A stretch of DNA of 64,000 bases, from NCBI RefSeq assembly GCF_006345805.1, contig NC_043007.1, forward strand, positions 25,792,001-25,856,000, written 5' to 3'. Positions within the stretch are counted from its first letter, which is position 1, and each line of letters begins with the position of its first letter. The DNA is from Octopus sinensis. Taxonomy: Eukaryota. The position numbers were made by a program, and so were the translations under genes. The notes beneath the pieces were generated by a model, which was given only the letters and a program-made list of their open reading frames with translations, was not told the DNA's origin and made no database searches. This document shows positions 37,600-51,175 of this stretch, piece after piece.

Positions 37600-38260
37600 A
37601 GTATAATTAAAGTTTTCTGTTTGTTGTTGTTGTGATGTGTACTTTTACGAATCCGTTGTGAGTTACTGCAGCAGTTTTTTAGCCAACTTCGGCTCTTGTT
37701 GTCGCCGCCGCTGCCTCTGTTGTTATTGTTGTTGTGTTGTTGTTCTGATCGTTTTTTGCTGCTACTACTACTGCTGCTGCAGTTGTTGTTGTTGTTGTTG
37801 TTGTGTTTCCAATAAGTTTTTTTTTTTTTTTTTTAAGTTGTCTGTAAGATGTGATCGTCTCCGTCTTCCGTCTACTTCGTTGTATAGTTTGGAAAATTTT
37901 TTTGTTGTAGTTGTTGTTGCTTTGTTTTTGCTATACCTGTTGCTGTGTTTTTTTATTTTCTTTTTTGTTTGTTTTTTTTACTGTGATTGCTTTCTCTTTT
38001 ATTTTTGCTTCTCCGTCGGACTGGTCAGTTCCCGCTCAACATCCCTCTACTACTCCCTTCACCTCTTTCTCTCCTCCTCCACCTCCGCTTCCTCTTCCCT
38101 TTTCAACCAGCCAACCAACCAACCAACCAGCCAGCCTGCCAGCCAAACTAGTCCTGTTGGTGATTTGCTGTGTCTTGTTGCTTTACACTTGATTAGTCAC
38201 GTCTGGTAAAAGGCGTGTGAAAGTTTCAAACCGTTGCAACAAACCCCCGCAGTCCCACCA
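37539..38260 (-). other. Candidate first (5' UTR) exon of a minus-strand gene
   Basis: CpG-rich unique stretch ending at the strong donor AAA|GTAAGT (exon end 37539), with a possible short start ATG AAT ATT CTG CTG CAA A at 37557. Confidence 0.35.
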
Positions 38261-38589
38261 TCGTCTGCACAGCTACCACCGTCACCACGGACAGAACACA
38301 CAATGAATATTCCACCACCACCAGCACTACCCCATACACACGTACATACTTGCATAAAGATTCAAACCCGCATGCAGATACATACATATACAAATGTGTA
38401 TGTGTGTTTATATATATGTGTGTGTATATATACACACATATTACACTCACATATTCATATCTATGTATACAGGTTGATTCGGAAGTTCCTTTTGCGTTTA
38501 AATAATATATAATACTTCTTTTTTTTACTTTGATTTTGATAGCTTTGTTTTTATATACCCCCTTTGCTATCTTGTAATTATCGCTAGAT

Positions 38590-39090
<501 letters not shown>

Positions 39091-39403
39091 AAGCATAGAT
39101 GCACTCAGTAGAGTCAACAGCCATCCAACAGCTGGCAATGAGAGACCCTAATCTTTGTTTAGACATCGCTCAAAAAGGAAAACTGAAGCAATACCTGCAA
39201 CTTCTTTTGCATCCAATAATGTGGACTAATTCTCTTTGGAGGCAAATGCATTCGTTGTTCACTGAGGGTGATTGGCCCATTCCTTACATCTTTAACTTGT
39301 GTTGCATACTGTGGTTAGTCATAGCCAAAACAAAGTAAAATACTCAATGAAAAATTGCATGTTGGAATTAAGGCATGTGTCGCATAGGTGATAAGCTCTC
39401 TGA

Positions 39404-39790
39404 GTGGAGGCGCAATGGCCCAGTGGTTAGGGCAGCGGACTCACAGTCATAGGATCGCGGTTTCGATTCCCAGACCAGGCGTTGCGAGTGCTTATTGAGC
39501 GAAAACACCAAAAAGCTCCACGAGGCTCCGGCAGGGGGTGGTGGTGATCCCTGCTGTACTCTTTCACCACAACTTTCTCTCACTCTTACTTCCTGTTTCT
39601 GTTGTACCTGTATTTCAAAGGGCCGGCCTTGTCACTCTCTGTGTCACGCTGAATATCCCCGAGAACTACGTTAAGGGTACACATGTCTGTGGAGTGCTCA
39701 GCCACTTACACGTTAATTTCACGAGCAGGCTGTTCCGTTGATTCGGATCAACCGGAACCCTCGTCGTCGTAACCAACGGAGTGCTTCCAT
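39404..39790 (+). mobile_element. SINE family C flanked by an 84-bp direct repeat
   Basis: Repeat copies at 39320-39403 and 39793-39877. Confidence 0.9.
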
Positions 39791-40827
39791 TCCATAGCCA
39801 AAACAAAGTAAAATACTCAATGAAAAATTGCATGTTGGAATTAAGGCATGTGTCAGCATAGGTGATAAGGTCTCTGAACATTTATTACTAGAAGTACCCA
39901 TCACTTCCACATTTGTGTCGAAGAGTGTAGATACCTAGCAGGACTGAAGAGTCACATCCATGCTGCTCGTGTTTAAGATAAAAGTCAAGCAAAGCCATTG
40001 CTTAAAATAAAGGTGCAGCCATCATGTATGTATTGTTTTATTTTGATACTCAGCCAGTTCCCTCAGTTCCACTTCCTCCTTCAGCTGAGAAGTCTTTGCC
40101 TTGCAGGCTACTTGGCGACCCCACTGGTGCTGGTGCCATGTAAAAAGCACCTGTGCTGGTGCCATGTAAAAAGCACCTGTGCTGGTTCTATGTAAAAAAA
40201 AACATGTGTTGGTGCCATGTAAGAAACACCTGTACTGGTGCCAGGTAAAAAGCACCTGTGCTGGTTCTATGTAAAAAAACACCTGTGTTGGTGCTATGTA
40301 AAAAAACACCTGTGCTGGTGCCATGCAGAAAGCACCTGTGCTGGTATCACGTAAAAAGCATCCAGTATCCTTTGTAAATTGGTTGACATTATGAAGAACA
40401 TCCAGCCATAGAATCCATACCAAAACAGACAATTGGAGTCTGGTGTAACTCTCCGGTTTGCTAGCTCCTCTTGAACCATCCAACCCATGCCAGCATGGAA
40501 AAATGGATGTTAAACAATTAATAATGATGATGAAAACTGTCGTCAAAATTGGAGAATATCCATTCTACTCAAAATTGCACAGTATAATAGTAATCCTGTT
40601 CAAATGTCTAGCCATACATAATTCAGTTGCCCAGAGTTGTCAGAGCAGCTGGTAGTATAAACAGCAGGACAGTAGTTACATGTATTTAATAACACTTTGA
40701 CTCAATTCCACAGCTTTTAAAGTTTTGTGGGGTGTATGATATGTCCACATCATCAATTGTTCAGAAGAGAATCTGAGAGACACTTAAAAAAAGGCTTCTA
40801 GGTGAGAGTATTTAGAACATCGTTAAA

Positions 40828-41426
40828 GGCAGCGAGCTGGCAGAAACATTAGCATGCCGGGCAAAATGCTTAGCAGTATTTCGTCTACCGCTACGTTCTG
40901 AGTTCAAATTCCGCCGAGGTCGACTTTGCCTTTCATCCTTTCTGGGTCGATTAAATAAGTACCAGTTATGCACTGGGGTCGATATAATCGACTTAATCCG
41001 TTTGTCTGTCCTTGTTTTTCCTCTCTGTGTTTAGCCCCTTGTGGGTAGTAAAGAAATAGGTATTTCGTCTGCCGTTACGTTCTAAGTTCAAATTCCGCCG
41101 AGGTCGACTTTGCCTTTCATCCTTTCTGGGTCGATTAAATAAGTACCAGTTATGCACTGGGGTCGATATAATCGACTTAATCCGTTTGTCTGTCCTTGTT
41201 TTTCCTCTCTGTGTTTAGCTCCTTGTGGGTAGTAAAGAAATAGGTATTTCGTCTGCCGTTACGTTCTAAGTTCAAATTCCACTGAGGTCAATTTTGCCTT
41301 TCATCCTTTCAGGGTCGATAAATTAAGTACCAGTTACACACTGGGGTCGATGTAATCGACTTAATCCCTTTGTCTGTCCTTGTTTGTCCCCTCTATGTTT
41401 AGCCCCTTGTGGGCAATAAAGAAATA
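40828..41426 (+). mobile_element. Family D SINE: one head + three 184-bp bodies
   Basis: Bodies start at 40875, 41059 and 41243. Outer TSD AGTATTTAGAACATC at 40807 and 41427. Confidence 0.9.
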
Positions 41427-41849
41427 AGTATTTAGAACATCATTAGTTAGTTCAGGTCACAGGGTTCTTTTGGTAAGCTTAGAGGCATCAGTTCTTTGAC
41501 TGGAAGCTGGTATGGTAAAGCAGACAAGATGTTAGCACCAGTTAGTCATGATTTTGGTAGGGTATGGTAAATCAGCAACAGCACTTACCACCTGGAGTGA
41601 TAACCAATTTGATTTGGTGTCAGGTTATGTGTGAGTTTGCATGACCCACATGAATCATTGTTGGCTGTAAATCTTTATGAACAACAGAGGTTATCCACCC
41701 TGAGATTGTGCAGGAGCCAGCTTGGCCTAGGGTGGCATATGTGGATCATTAACAGCAAATGACTTGAAGTCCTTGTTATATTTTTGGATGGTCATTTTCT
41801 TTTGCTTGCCAAATAAACACATGCACTATACCTTCATTTTTCACATCGA

Positions 41850-42270
41850 ATCAAATTCGGTGACTGGCACCTGTGCCAGTGGAGCGCTAAGAGCACCATC
41901 TGAGCGTGATCATTGCTAGAGCAGCTGACTGGCTTCTGTGCCAGTAGCACGTAAAAATGCCGGTGGCACAGGAAAAAACATTTGAGCGAGGTCGTTGCCA
42001 GTGCCACTGGACTGGCTCCTGTGCAGGTGACATCTAAAAAACACCATTTGAGCATGGCCATTGTCAGTACCGCCTGACTGGCCCTTGTGCCGATGGCACA
42101 TAAAAGCACCCACTACACTCTCGCAGTGGTTGGCATTAGGAAGGGCATCCAGCTGTAGAAACTCTGCCAGACCAGATTGGAGCCTGGTGCAGCCATCTGG
42201 TTCACCAGTCCTCAGTCAAATCGTCCAACCCATGCTAGCATGGAAAGCGGACATTAAGCGATGATGATGA
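41850..42270 (+). mobile_element. Family B retroposon
   Basis: Modules plus the 3' block. Confidence 0.85.
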
Positions 42271-42329
42271 TTATTATTATTAGTAGTAGTAGTAGTAGCA
42301 GTAGTAGTAGTAGTAGTAGTATTGTTCTT

Positions 42330-42790
42330 ATTTTATCTTATGTCCATTGTTTGGAAATCTTTCAGTACACATCTGTGACCTCTTCAGCGACTCTTCTATT
42401 CCATGTGTTAACAGGATAAATACCTCTAATGAGTAAGTAAGAATCTCTAGCTGGCAACTGGAGGAGAAGGCTATCCTCTCAACCAATATGTTGCTGTGGG
42501 TCATGCTTTCTGATCTATGACGCTGGCCTTAGCATGCTTGAGGTCGAAGCACTGTGACTTCAGATCTTCCTCAACTTGTTTCACCCATGTCTTCTTTGGT
42601 GCACTGTGCTGGATTCTCCAGTGTATGGGTTGCTGCCACTACAAAAGCTGGTGTGGTAGTCATCCAATGCTCATCCTGCAGATGTGGCCAAATCACTGTA
42701 GCTTGTGCTAAGGACAGTCCTAAACTCGGCTGCAATAGGAGGAGGGTGGCTGCTCTGCAGAAGTAGCCAGAATCAGGAATCTGGAGAAAA
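42330..42790 (-). pseudogene. Decayed RTE-type LINE 3' remnant
   Basis: Frameshifted GH..RM and PKKTWVKQVEEDL-like segments, typical of the RTE C-terminus. Confidence 0.55.
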
Positions 42791-42803
42791 CAGATAAGAA
42801 ACC

Positions 42804-43248
42804 ATGTTTGTTCCTTCTCGAGCCACGCCTGGCTCATAGGGCCGGTTTCCCGTTTTCCTTGGCGTATAGGTTCCCCACATGGATGGGACGCCGGTCCGTC
42901 GCAGGTGAGCTGCAAGATGCAGGAGGAAAGAGTGAGAGAAAGTTGTGGCGAAAGAGTCAGCAGAAGTTCGCCACGATCTTCTACCGGAGCCGTGTGGAGC
43001 TTAGGCATTTCGCTCATGAACACACACATCACTCACTCTGAGATTCGAACCCACGATCCCTCGACCACGAGTTCACTGCTCTAACCACTAGGCCATGTGC
43101 CTCCACAAGATAAGAAACCTTCTACCGGAGCAATGTGGAGCTTAGGCGTTTCGCTCATAAACACACACATCACCCAGTCTGAGATTCGAACCCGCAATCC
43201 CTTGACCGCGAGTCTGCTGCTCTAACCACTAGGCCATGTACCTCCACA
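42804..43248 (-). mobile_element. SINE family F plus a duplicated head fragment
   Basis: AGATAAGAAACC occurs at 42792, 43108 and 43249. Confidence 0.85.
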
Positions 43249-43959
43249 AGATAAGAAACCATATGCATACTATTGAACACCTACCTCTAGTAGCAACAAT
43301 AACATAGGTCACTTTTCTTATTGATGGACACAGTAGCTAGTGGAGTATGTGTAGTTTCTTATAATGGTTGAGTTGACAGTTATGAACTAGTAATGTAGCA
43401 AGAACTATCTCAGATTATGATAACTCTTCCAACTCATACTAGCATAGAAAAGCCGATGTAAAATGATAATGATTATGATGAAGACCAGTTGATTCTATAG
43501 GCATTAGAGCATATGCACACACACACAGACACACACACACACACACACATACACATGCACGCATACTAGAAGAATGCCTAGCACTGCCCAGACTGAAAAG
43601 CAACAATGAATGACTTAAACTTGTTCCTAATGGAGGTATATTCAGTTTAACCCTTAAGGCTGTGAGCTGGCAGAATCATTAGCGTGCTGGGCAAAATACT
43701 TAGCAGTATTTTGTTTGTCTTTATGTTGGAGTTCAAATTCCGCTGAAGTCAGCTTTATCCTTTCATCTTTTGGGGATCAATGAAATAAGTACCAGTTGAG
43801 CTCTAGGGTTGATGTAATCAGCTTAACTAGCCCTGGGTATGAGTCTAAAATAAAAAAAGCTGTATCCCTCTGCCAAGCCATGTCAAGCCAGTGTGCCAAA
43901 GTTAGCTCATCAAACCAGTATCTCAAGCCATTCTCTTGTGGAAAAAACAGATTGAAACC

Positions 43960-44075
43960 CTCGTGTCTCAGTAGAGAGAACAGGCTGAGGCCCTCGTCCT
44001 TCAGTGGAGAGAACAGGCTGAGGCCTTCATCCTTCGGTGGAGATAACAGGATTAGGCTCTCATTCTTCAGTGGAC
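43960..44075. repeat. Short minisatellite (about 33-bp unit, 3-4 copies)
   Basis: GAGAGAACAGGCTGAGGCC...TCCTTCRGTG repeated. Confidence 0.75.
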
Positions 44076-44476
44076 TGAACATGGGCAGTCCAATCCAGTC
44101 AAATCCTTTTGTTACAATATTTCTGATGAAACACGCTGCTTTTATTTTCAGTTAATTTTGAAAACAATGAAGAACTTAATGAAATAACTTTATCATTGTT
44201 AGGCTGATGTTTGCAACTTAAATTAACATGAAATTTTAATGAAAGGTTTTAATTTCGATTACTTTAAAACAGGAACTTTGTATTACAAAAGCTGGAGTGG
44301 TCTTGGATTGGTTGTATCAAAAGGGTTAATGGAACACTTAGATTTCTCTGGAAAAGTTACTGAAATTGTTTCTTAGCATGTTTATACAAAGCAATACAGA
44401 ATCTCATGTTCTGTGCTATTGGGTGAAAATAATATTTATTGTGATTTAATTGTGTAAGTGGTATTTAGCTAATTAA

Positions 44477-44891
44477 GGCGGTGAGCTGGCAGAATCGTTA
44501 GCATGCCGGGCGAAATGCTTAGTGGTATTTCGTCTGCCGCTACGTTCTGAGTTCAAATTCTGCCACGGTCGACTTTGCCTTTCATCCTTTCGGAGTCGAT
44601 AAATTAAGTACCAGTTATGCACTGGGGTCAATGTAATCGACTTGATCCGTTTGTCTTTCCTTGTTTGTCCCTTCTGTGTTTAGATCCTTGTGGGTAGTAA
44701 AGAAATAGGTATTTCATCTGCCGCTACGTTCTGAGTTCAAATTCCGCCGAGGTCAACTTTGCCTTTCATCCTTTCAGGGTCGATAAATTAAGTACCAGTT
44801 ATGCACTGGGGTCGATATAATCGACTTAATCCATTCGTCTGTCCTTGTTTGTCCTCCCTGTGTTCAGCCCCTTGAGGGTATTAAAGAAATA
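44477..44891 (+). mobile_element. Family D SINE: one head + two bodies
   Basis: Internal junction GGTATTT at 44708. 15-bp TSD GGTATTTAGCTAATT at 44460 and 44892. Confidence 0.9.
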
Positions 44892-45017
44892 GGTATTTAG
44901 CTAATTCAAGCGTATGAAATCAGAACACAGGATTCAATTGTAAACAATCTTTTATTTCATTTGAAACAAATACTGTACAATATAACTTTTATATAAAATC
45001 GTATGTCTATATACCAG

Positions 45018-45158
45018 TGTGTCAGCGGAGCTCCTGTGTTGATGATCCAACAAAATACTTCAAACAAGTACCAGGTCATGGCTTCTATTTAAGATCATGT
45101 CCAAAGGGCACAACCTTCAACCCCATTCACTGTCAATGTTCAATACACAATGGAAACT
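45018..45158 (+). CDS. Internal coding exon resembling a chitin-binding type-2-like module (as in molluscan Pif/BMSP-like proteins)
   Basis: CAG| acceptor and |GTAAGG donor, 141 nt, phase 1-1. Encodes CQRSSCVDDPTKYFKQVPGHGFYLRSCPKGTTFNPIHCQCSIHNGN, with the CPxGTxFxxxxCxC motif. Confidence 0.7.
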
Positions 45159-45265
45159 GTAAGGGATATAAAAATTTTTTTACTATTTTAATGCTATTTT
45201 ATTTTAGTTATTTTTCACTTATCTCTTGTTTGTTTCAGTCATTGGATTGTGGCCATGCTGGAACA

Positions 45266-45320
<55 letters not shown>

Positions 45321-45736
45321 AATAATTTAACCAGTAAGATTATGAGGCCCAGTCTGGAGCAAGGTTATGAGACCCCATCAGGACATTGCAAGACTTACAT
45401 GACAATAGATCTCAAATGGGAGGAGTGGTGGTAGTGTTGCCAGGGGACTTTTGTCTGATACAGACTGTGATACCTCAAGATACAATTCAGCAACTGTGAA
45501 TGTTTACACTTAGGATTTATTAATTGATAAGATTGATCTTAAGTATTGATGCAGTTAATCTGAAACTGTCTTAGAGAGTACAACTATTGATAATAATGGA
45601 ATTTACAGTAGAATTACATTCTTTTTTTTTTTTTTTGTGTAACTAGTGAGAATATTTGTCTTAATTACATGTGCTTCTTAACCATTGGTCTTATTCTATT
45701 ACATAGCTGCCCCTGATCCAAATTACTGACAAATCT

Positions 45737-46035
45737 GGCACTCTGTCGGTTATGACAATAAGGGTTCCAGATGATCCAAGCAGCGAAACAGCTGTCGCAT
45801 GAAATTAACGTGTATGTGACTGAGCACTTCACAGACTCATGTACCCTTAACATAGTTCTCAGGGATTTTCAGTGTGACACGGAGTGTAACAAAGCTGGCC
45901 CTTTAAAATACAGGTATTATTTATTTCTGCCAACTGAGTGGACTGGAGTAATGTGATACAAAGCATCTTGCTCAAGGACACATGTCACCAGGAATTGAAC
46001 TCATGATCTTGCAATCATGAGCCAAATACCCTAAC
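45737..46035 (-). mobile_element. Older SINE family K (different tRNA/CORE-like head, tail C)
   Basis: Head with TCCTTGAGCAAGA and the same 3' tail as family C. Another copy at about 54110-54930 hosts an RTE insertion. Confidence 0.75.
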
Positions 46036-46232
46036 CACTAAGCCATATGCCTTCATCATCCAAATTACACAGCAGCATTATTAGGAATCCTTTTATTTAT
46101 ATATTTTAGTGAAGCCTGTGTAGGACTCAGTAGAACTGAAGGATCCAAGAATTATAAAATTTTACTGGATAGTGAACTGTTTCTTTCTGATCCACAACAG
46201 TGTGTAGTGATGACATCTTAGAAATCTCCAGT

Positions 46233-46295
46233 ACGCATGCGCAGAGTTGAATTCTTCCGGGAGGCCTGCCGGAAGTTCCCTCATGCGCATGTGCA
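46233..46295. promoter_or_regulatory. Symmetric NRF1-ETS-ETS-NRF1 motif cluster (candidate core promoter)
   Basis: ACGCATGCGCA 46233-43, CTTCCGG 46254-60, CCGGAAGT 46269-76, TGCGCATGTGCA 46284-95, in CpG-retaining unique DNA. Confidence 0.45.
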
Positions 46296-47009
46296 GAAAA
46301 CTAGCAGCAGCGAAATTTCCCTTGTATCATCCTCTTGAACGCTGGCAGCCAAACAGGACAGTCGTATTTTAGCAACTCTCTCAAGCTGCTACCTTGTGGC
46401 ATATCTCTGCTATGCTTGAACAGACAGGATTTGACTCACTCCATTTGACTACTGCGACAAGCCCCTAGGCTGCCGATTCGCCCTGAAAGAAGAATGTATA
46501 TATTGCGAATCCAGAAATAAAATATTTATGCTATTGAAGTTAATCGGAAATCTTGACTCTTTCCTTCAATTAATATTTTAATGTAAAGGATGAGAGCTGC
46601 ACCCTTCCAGTGCGGTGTTTATTGATCTTTTCAGATATGGCTATTTCCTGGAATTGCTTGCAACAGCTGCCAGTTAATGCTGATGAATCTATTTTGGATG
46701 ACCATCACTTTTTTTGCACAACTAACTGAGCATTACTTAATGAGGTTGTAGTTCGGGAAACATGTTCAATAACAATTTGTTTGCTGCTGCCTTTACTACT
46801 GGGTCAATGTTTCAGGTCCATGGTACCATTACAGCTGGAAGAAAATCTTTGATCTCCAGCTTGTAACAAAATTTTTATAAACGACCAAAGATCTCGTCAC
46901 TAAAAAGATGGACCCTGGTGTTTGTAGGCAGTTTGAAGATTTTAATTTTAGATCATAGTGATGAAAATTTAAGCTACATCTAGAATTCATCAGCTTTTAT
47001 TCTTTTTGT

Positions 47010-47470
47010 GATCATTGGCATCCGTGCCAGTGGAGCACTAAGAGTACCATATGAGTGAGATTGTGGCCAGAGCAACAAGCTGGCCTCTGTGCCGATGGCA
47101 CATTAAAAACACAATTCGAGCGTGATCATTACCTGTGTCGCCTTACTAGCACTTGTGCTGGTGGCACGTGAAAAAACATTCGAGCAAGGTCATTGCCAGT
47201 GTCACTGGAAAGGCTTCTGTGCAGGTGGCACATAAAAAGCACCATTTGAGCATGACTGGTGCCAGTACTACCTGACTGGCCCTCGTACCAGTGGCACATA
47301 AAAGCACCTACTACACTCTTGGAGTGGTTGGCATTAGGAAGGGCATCCAGCTGTAGAAACTCTGCCAGATCAGATTGGAGTCTGGTGCAGCCATCTGGTT
47401 CGCCAGTCCTCAGTCAAATCGTCCAACCCATCCTAGCATGGAAGGCGGACGTTAAACGATGATGATGAGG
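47010..47470 (+). mobile_element. Family B retroposon with long module array
   Basis: Modules plus the 3' block and (GAT)n. Confidence 0.85.
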
Positions 47471-48969
47471 AGAAGGAGGAGGAAGCAAACTTCAACAGAA
47501 GTAATCTGTCCATATTCTTTTCTTCTCTAGGCACAAGGCCCTAAATTTTTGGGAGGGGGCCAGTTGATTAGATCGACTCCAGTACATAACTGGTACTTAA
47601 TTTATCAACCCTGAAAGGATGAAAGGTAAAGCCGACCTCAGCAGAAGTTGAACTCAGAATGTAAAGACAGACGAAATACCTCTAAGCATTTCACATTTTC
47701 CATGTGAACTGCAAGTTGTTCAATACTGAGGTATCTCCATGAATTGGGAAGACAAAAAAGCACTTAATTGCTGCTGAACTATTGTTCCTGCTTGAGAGCG
47801 GTGAGCTGGAAGAATCGTTAGCATACTGGACGAAATGCTTTACAGTATGTAGCCCATCACTACATTCTGAGTTCAAATTCTACCGTGGTTGACTTTGCTT
47901 TTTATCCTTTTGGGGTGGATTAAATAAGTACCAGTTATGCACTGGAGTTTATGTATCCGAATTACCCCCTCCCAGCAAATTTCAGGCCTTGTGCCTATGA
48001 TAGAAAGGATTGCTCATGCTTGAAATAGGTAACTTTATTGCAGCTATTTTATTGTATCAAAGTAAATAATATATTGTCAAATCCGTTGATGGTATATTTT
48101 CAGGCATATTTAGCAGACTTTAATGAATTGTAGAACTCTTAATTGATGTGTGCATTAAATATCTTTATCAAGAGTGGCTGTGTGGTAAGTAGCTTGCTTA
48201 CCAACCACATGGTTCCGGGTTCAGTCCCACTGCATGGCACCTTGGGCAAGTGCCTTCTACTACAGACAGAAACTGAAAGAAGCTCGTCGTGTATATGTAT
48301 ATATATATATGTATGAGTGTGTGTCTATGTTTGTGTGTCTGTGTTTGTCCTCCCAACATCGCTTGACAACCGATGCTGGTGTGTTTACATCCCTGTAACT
48401 TAGCAGTTCGGCAAAAGAGACCGATAGAATAAGTACAATGAACTATCTATTGTCAATAATCTGTTGTCTGGTCATGGTTTGGAAGCTTCCATTCCCTGAT
48501 ACACTTCTACTGTAAGGGAGATAACCATCTTCACATGTTTGCGATGCCTTGATGAATGGTCTTGGAAACTGTTTGATGAATTCCAGTCGAGGGCACCTCA
48601 AAGATCATGAAACATCTGGGTTTTATCAATATTGAAGAACTCTTTGCCTCTATGAGGTTCTAGAAACTCTGCTGATATGAGGAAATCAGTTTGATTGGAG
48701 CGAGTCTTATTTATTAACCAGATCAAGATATGTACACAAAGGAAGCCTTTTTTTTCACCAATCTTTGGATAAACATGACTGGTTCAAATATTTGGTATTT
48801 GGTAATTAAAAGTCACCTGACTTGATAAAACTGTGCAAGGTGATGGATTTGATAACTCAGTATCACATTTAGGACAGTACTACTGTTGTATATATGAATG
48901 TTTCTTTTCTCTTTTTTTTTTCTGGTACCTTAGACTGTACCCAGAGAAAGGCCACCTGACTGACTTGTA

Positions 48970-49610
48970 TGGGGTCATCCACAAATACACTTCAATCTCT
49001 GGATCACAGATGGTCTCTCTCTTCACTCTGACTTTTCTACAGCAACTACAGGAGGCGCAATGGCCCAATGGTTAGGGCAGCGGACTTGTGGTCGGAGGAT
49101 CGCAGTTCGATTCCCAGACCGGGCGTTGTGTGTGTTTATTGAGCGAAAACACCTAAAGCTCCATGAGGCTCGAGCAGGGGGTGGTGGCGACCCCTGTTGT
49201 ACTCTTTCGCTCCAACTTTCTCTCACTCTTTCTTCCTGTTTCTTGTCCCCGACTTCCTACGCAACTGCTGAGCCTGGATACACATTCATCCATCCGTCGA
49301 TGCTCTCGGTGTCGGGGGTTGACCTTCTTTCTCTTCTGTGAGTCTTACGAATAGCAAAGGACCACGTTTCGGACTTCTCCCATCTTCGTCTGGGACGAAG
49401 ACCATTCACTCAACAGCAACAGCAACTACAATGATAGCCTCTACTCCATGGAAATGGCTGGGTTCATGTCACCTCCATTCAGACCCTTCAGACTCACTCA
49501 TCTCTTCTTTTCCCATTACCCACATTGTATCTGCCCTACATGCACTATTCACTTTATCCAATCCTTCCTTTCCAGCACAACATCGCATCCCTCTGGAATT
49601 CATTCATTGC
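48970..49610 (+). pseudogene. Decayed CR1/L2-like LINE C-terminal remnant interrupted by a SINE
   Basis: After removing the SINE, frameshifted TLQSLDHR...FY...SF....LWNS segments remain, typical of CR1/L2 ORF2 ends. Confidence 0.5.
49051..49419 (+). mobile_element. SINE with head C and a third tail type
   Basis: TSD CAGCAACTACA at 49040 and 49420. Terminal hairpin TCTTCGTC-TGG-GACGAAGA. Confidence 0.85.
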
Positions 49611-50399
49611 TGATGTGTTTTTTTTTTGTTTTTTGTTTTGTTTTTTGTTGTTGTTTTTTTGTTTTTTTTACCTGTGAGCATTAACCTTACAACTGTTCAA
49701 GACTAATATTAATTGCATTGAGTCACCTATCTTGGAGGGCCTACTTTTCGTTATAGTTTTGGTTGACTGCAACAGATCTGGAAAGACACAGAAAAAAAAA
49801 TATATGTATGAGTGTGTGTCTATGTTTGTGTGTCTGTGTTTGTCCTCCCAACATCGCTTGACAACCGAAATATGCTTGACCAGCTAGATATAGCAACTAA
49901 ATTTCCCTCAAATCATAATCTACCTTTTTTTAAATTAGGAAAGGACATTTAAGAAAAGAAGAACGAAGAACAACTTGTAATACTGAAATGAGTCTTTGAC
50001 TTGCAAAAATCATGTGTATATGTGTATGCGTGAGTGTGTGTGCATGTGTGTGTGTGTGTGCGTGTGTGTGTGTGTGTTTGTTATGTGAGTGAGGGCTTGT
50101 TTCTGCATATTTTCACATTGTTTCCAGTTGAGCAAAAACAATTATGTATTTTTTACATGTCTCGTAAACAATATGTTCAGTAACTCAGTGATTTAATTGG
50201 TTTCAATTTGTGAATATAAATAGCCTCCTTGACAAAAAAAAAAGTAAGGTTGGCAGCAGGGAGTGACATCTGGCTGTAGAATGCTGCCTAAATAAGTCTC
50301 ATCTAACCCATGCCAGCACGGAAAAAGCAGGTGTAAAAACGATGGTGTTGATGTTACTGAAGAAGAGAAGAGGAGAAAGATTATCTATCTAGCTATCTA

Positions 50400-51175
<776 letters not shown>

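Noticed and set aside
48933-49050. Exon after a strong polypyrimidine acceptor
   Set aside because: The downstream sequence matches a decayed CR1/L2 ORF2 end, and I found no good donor.
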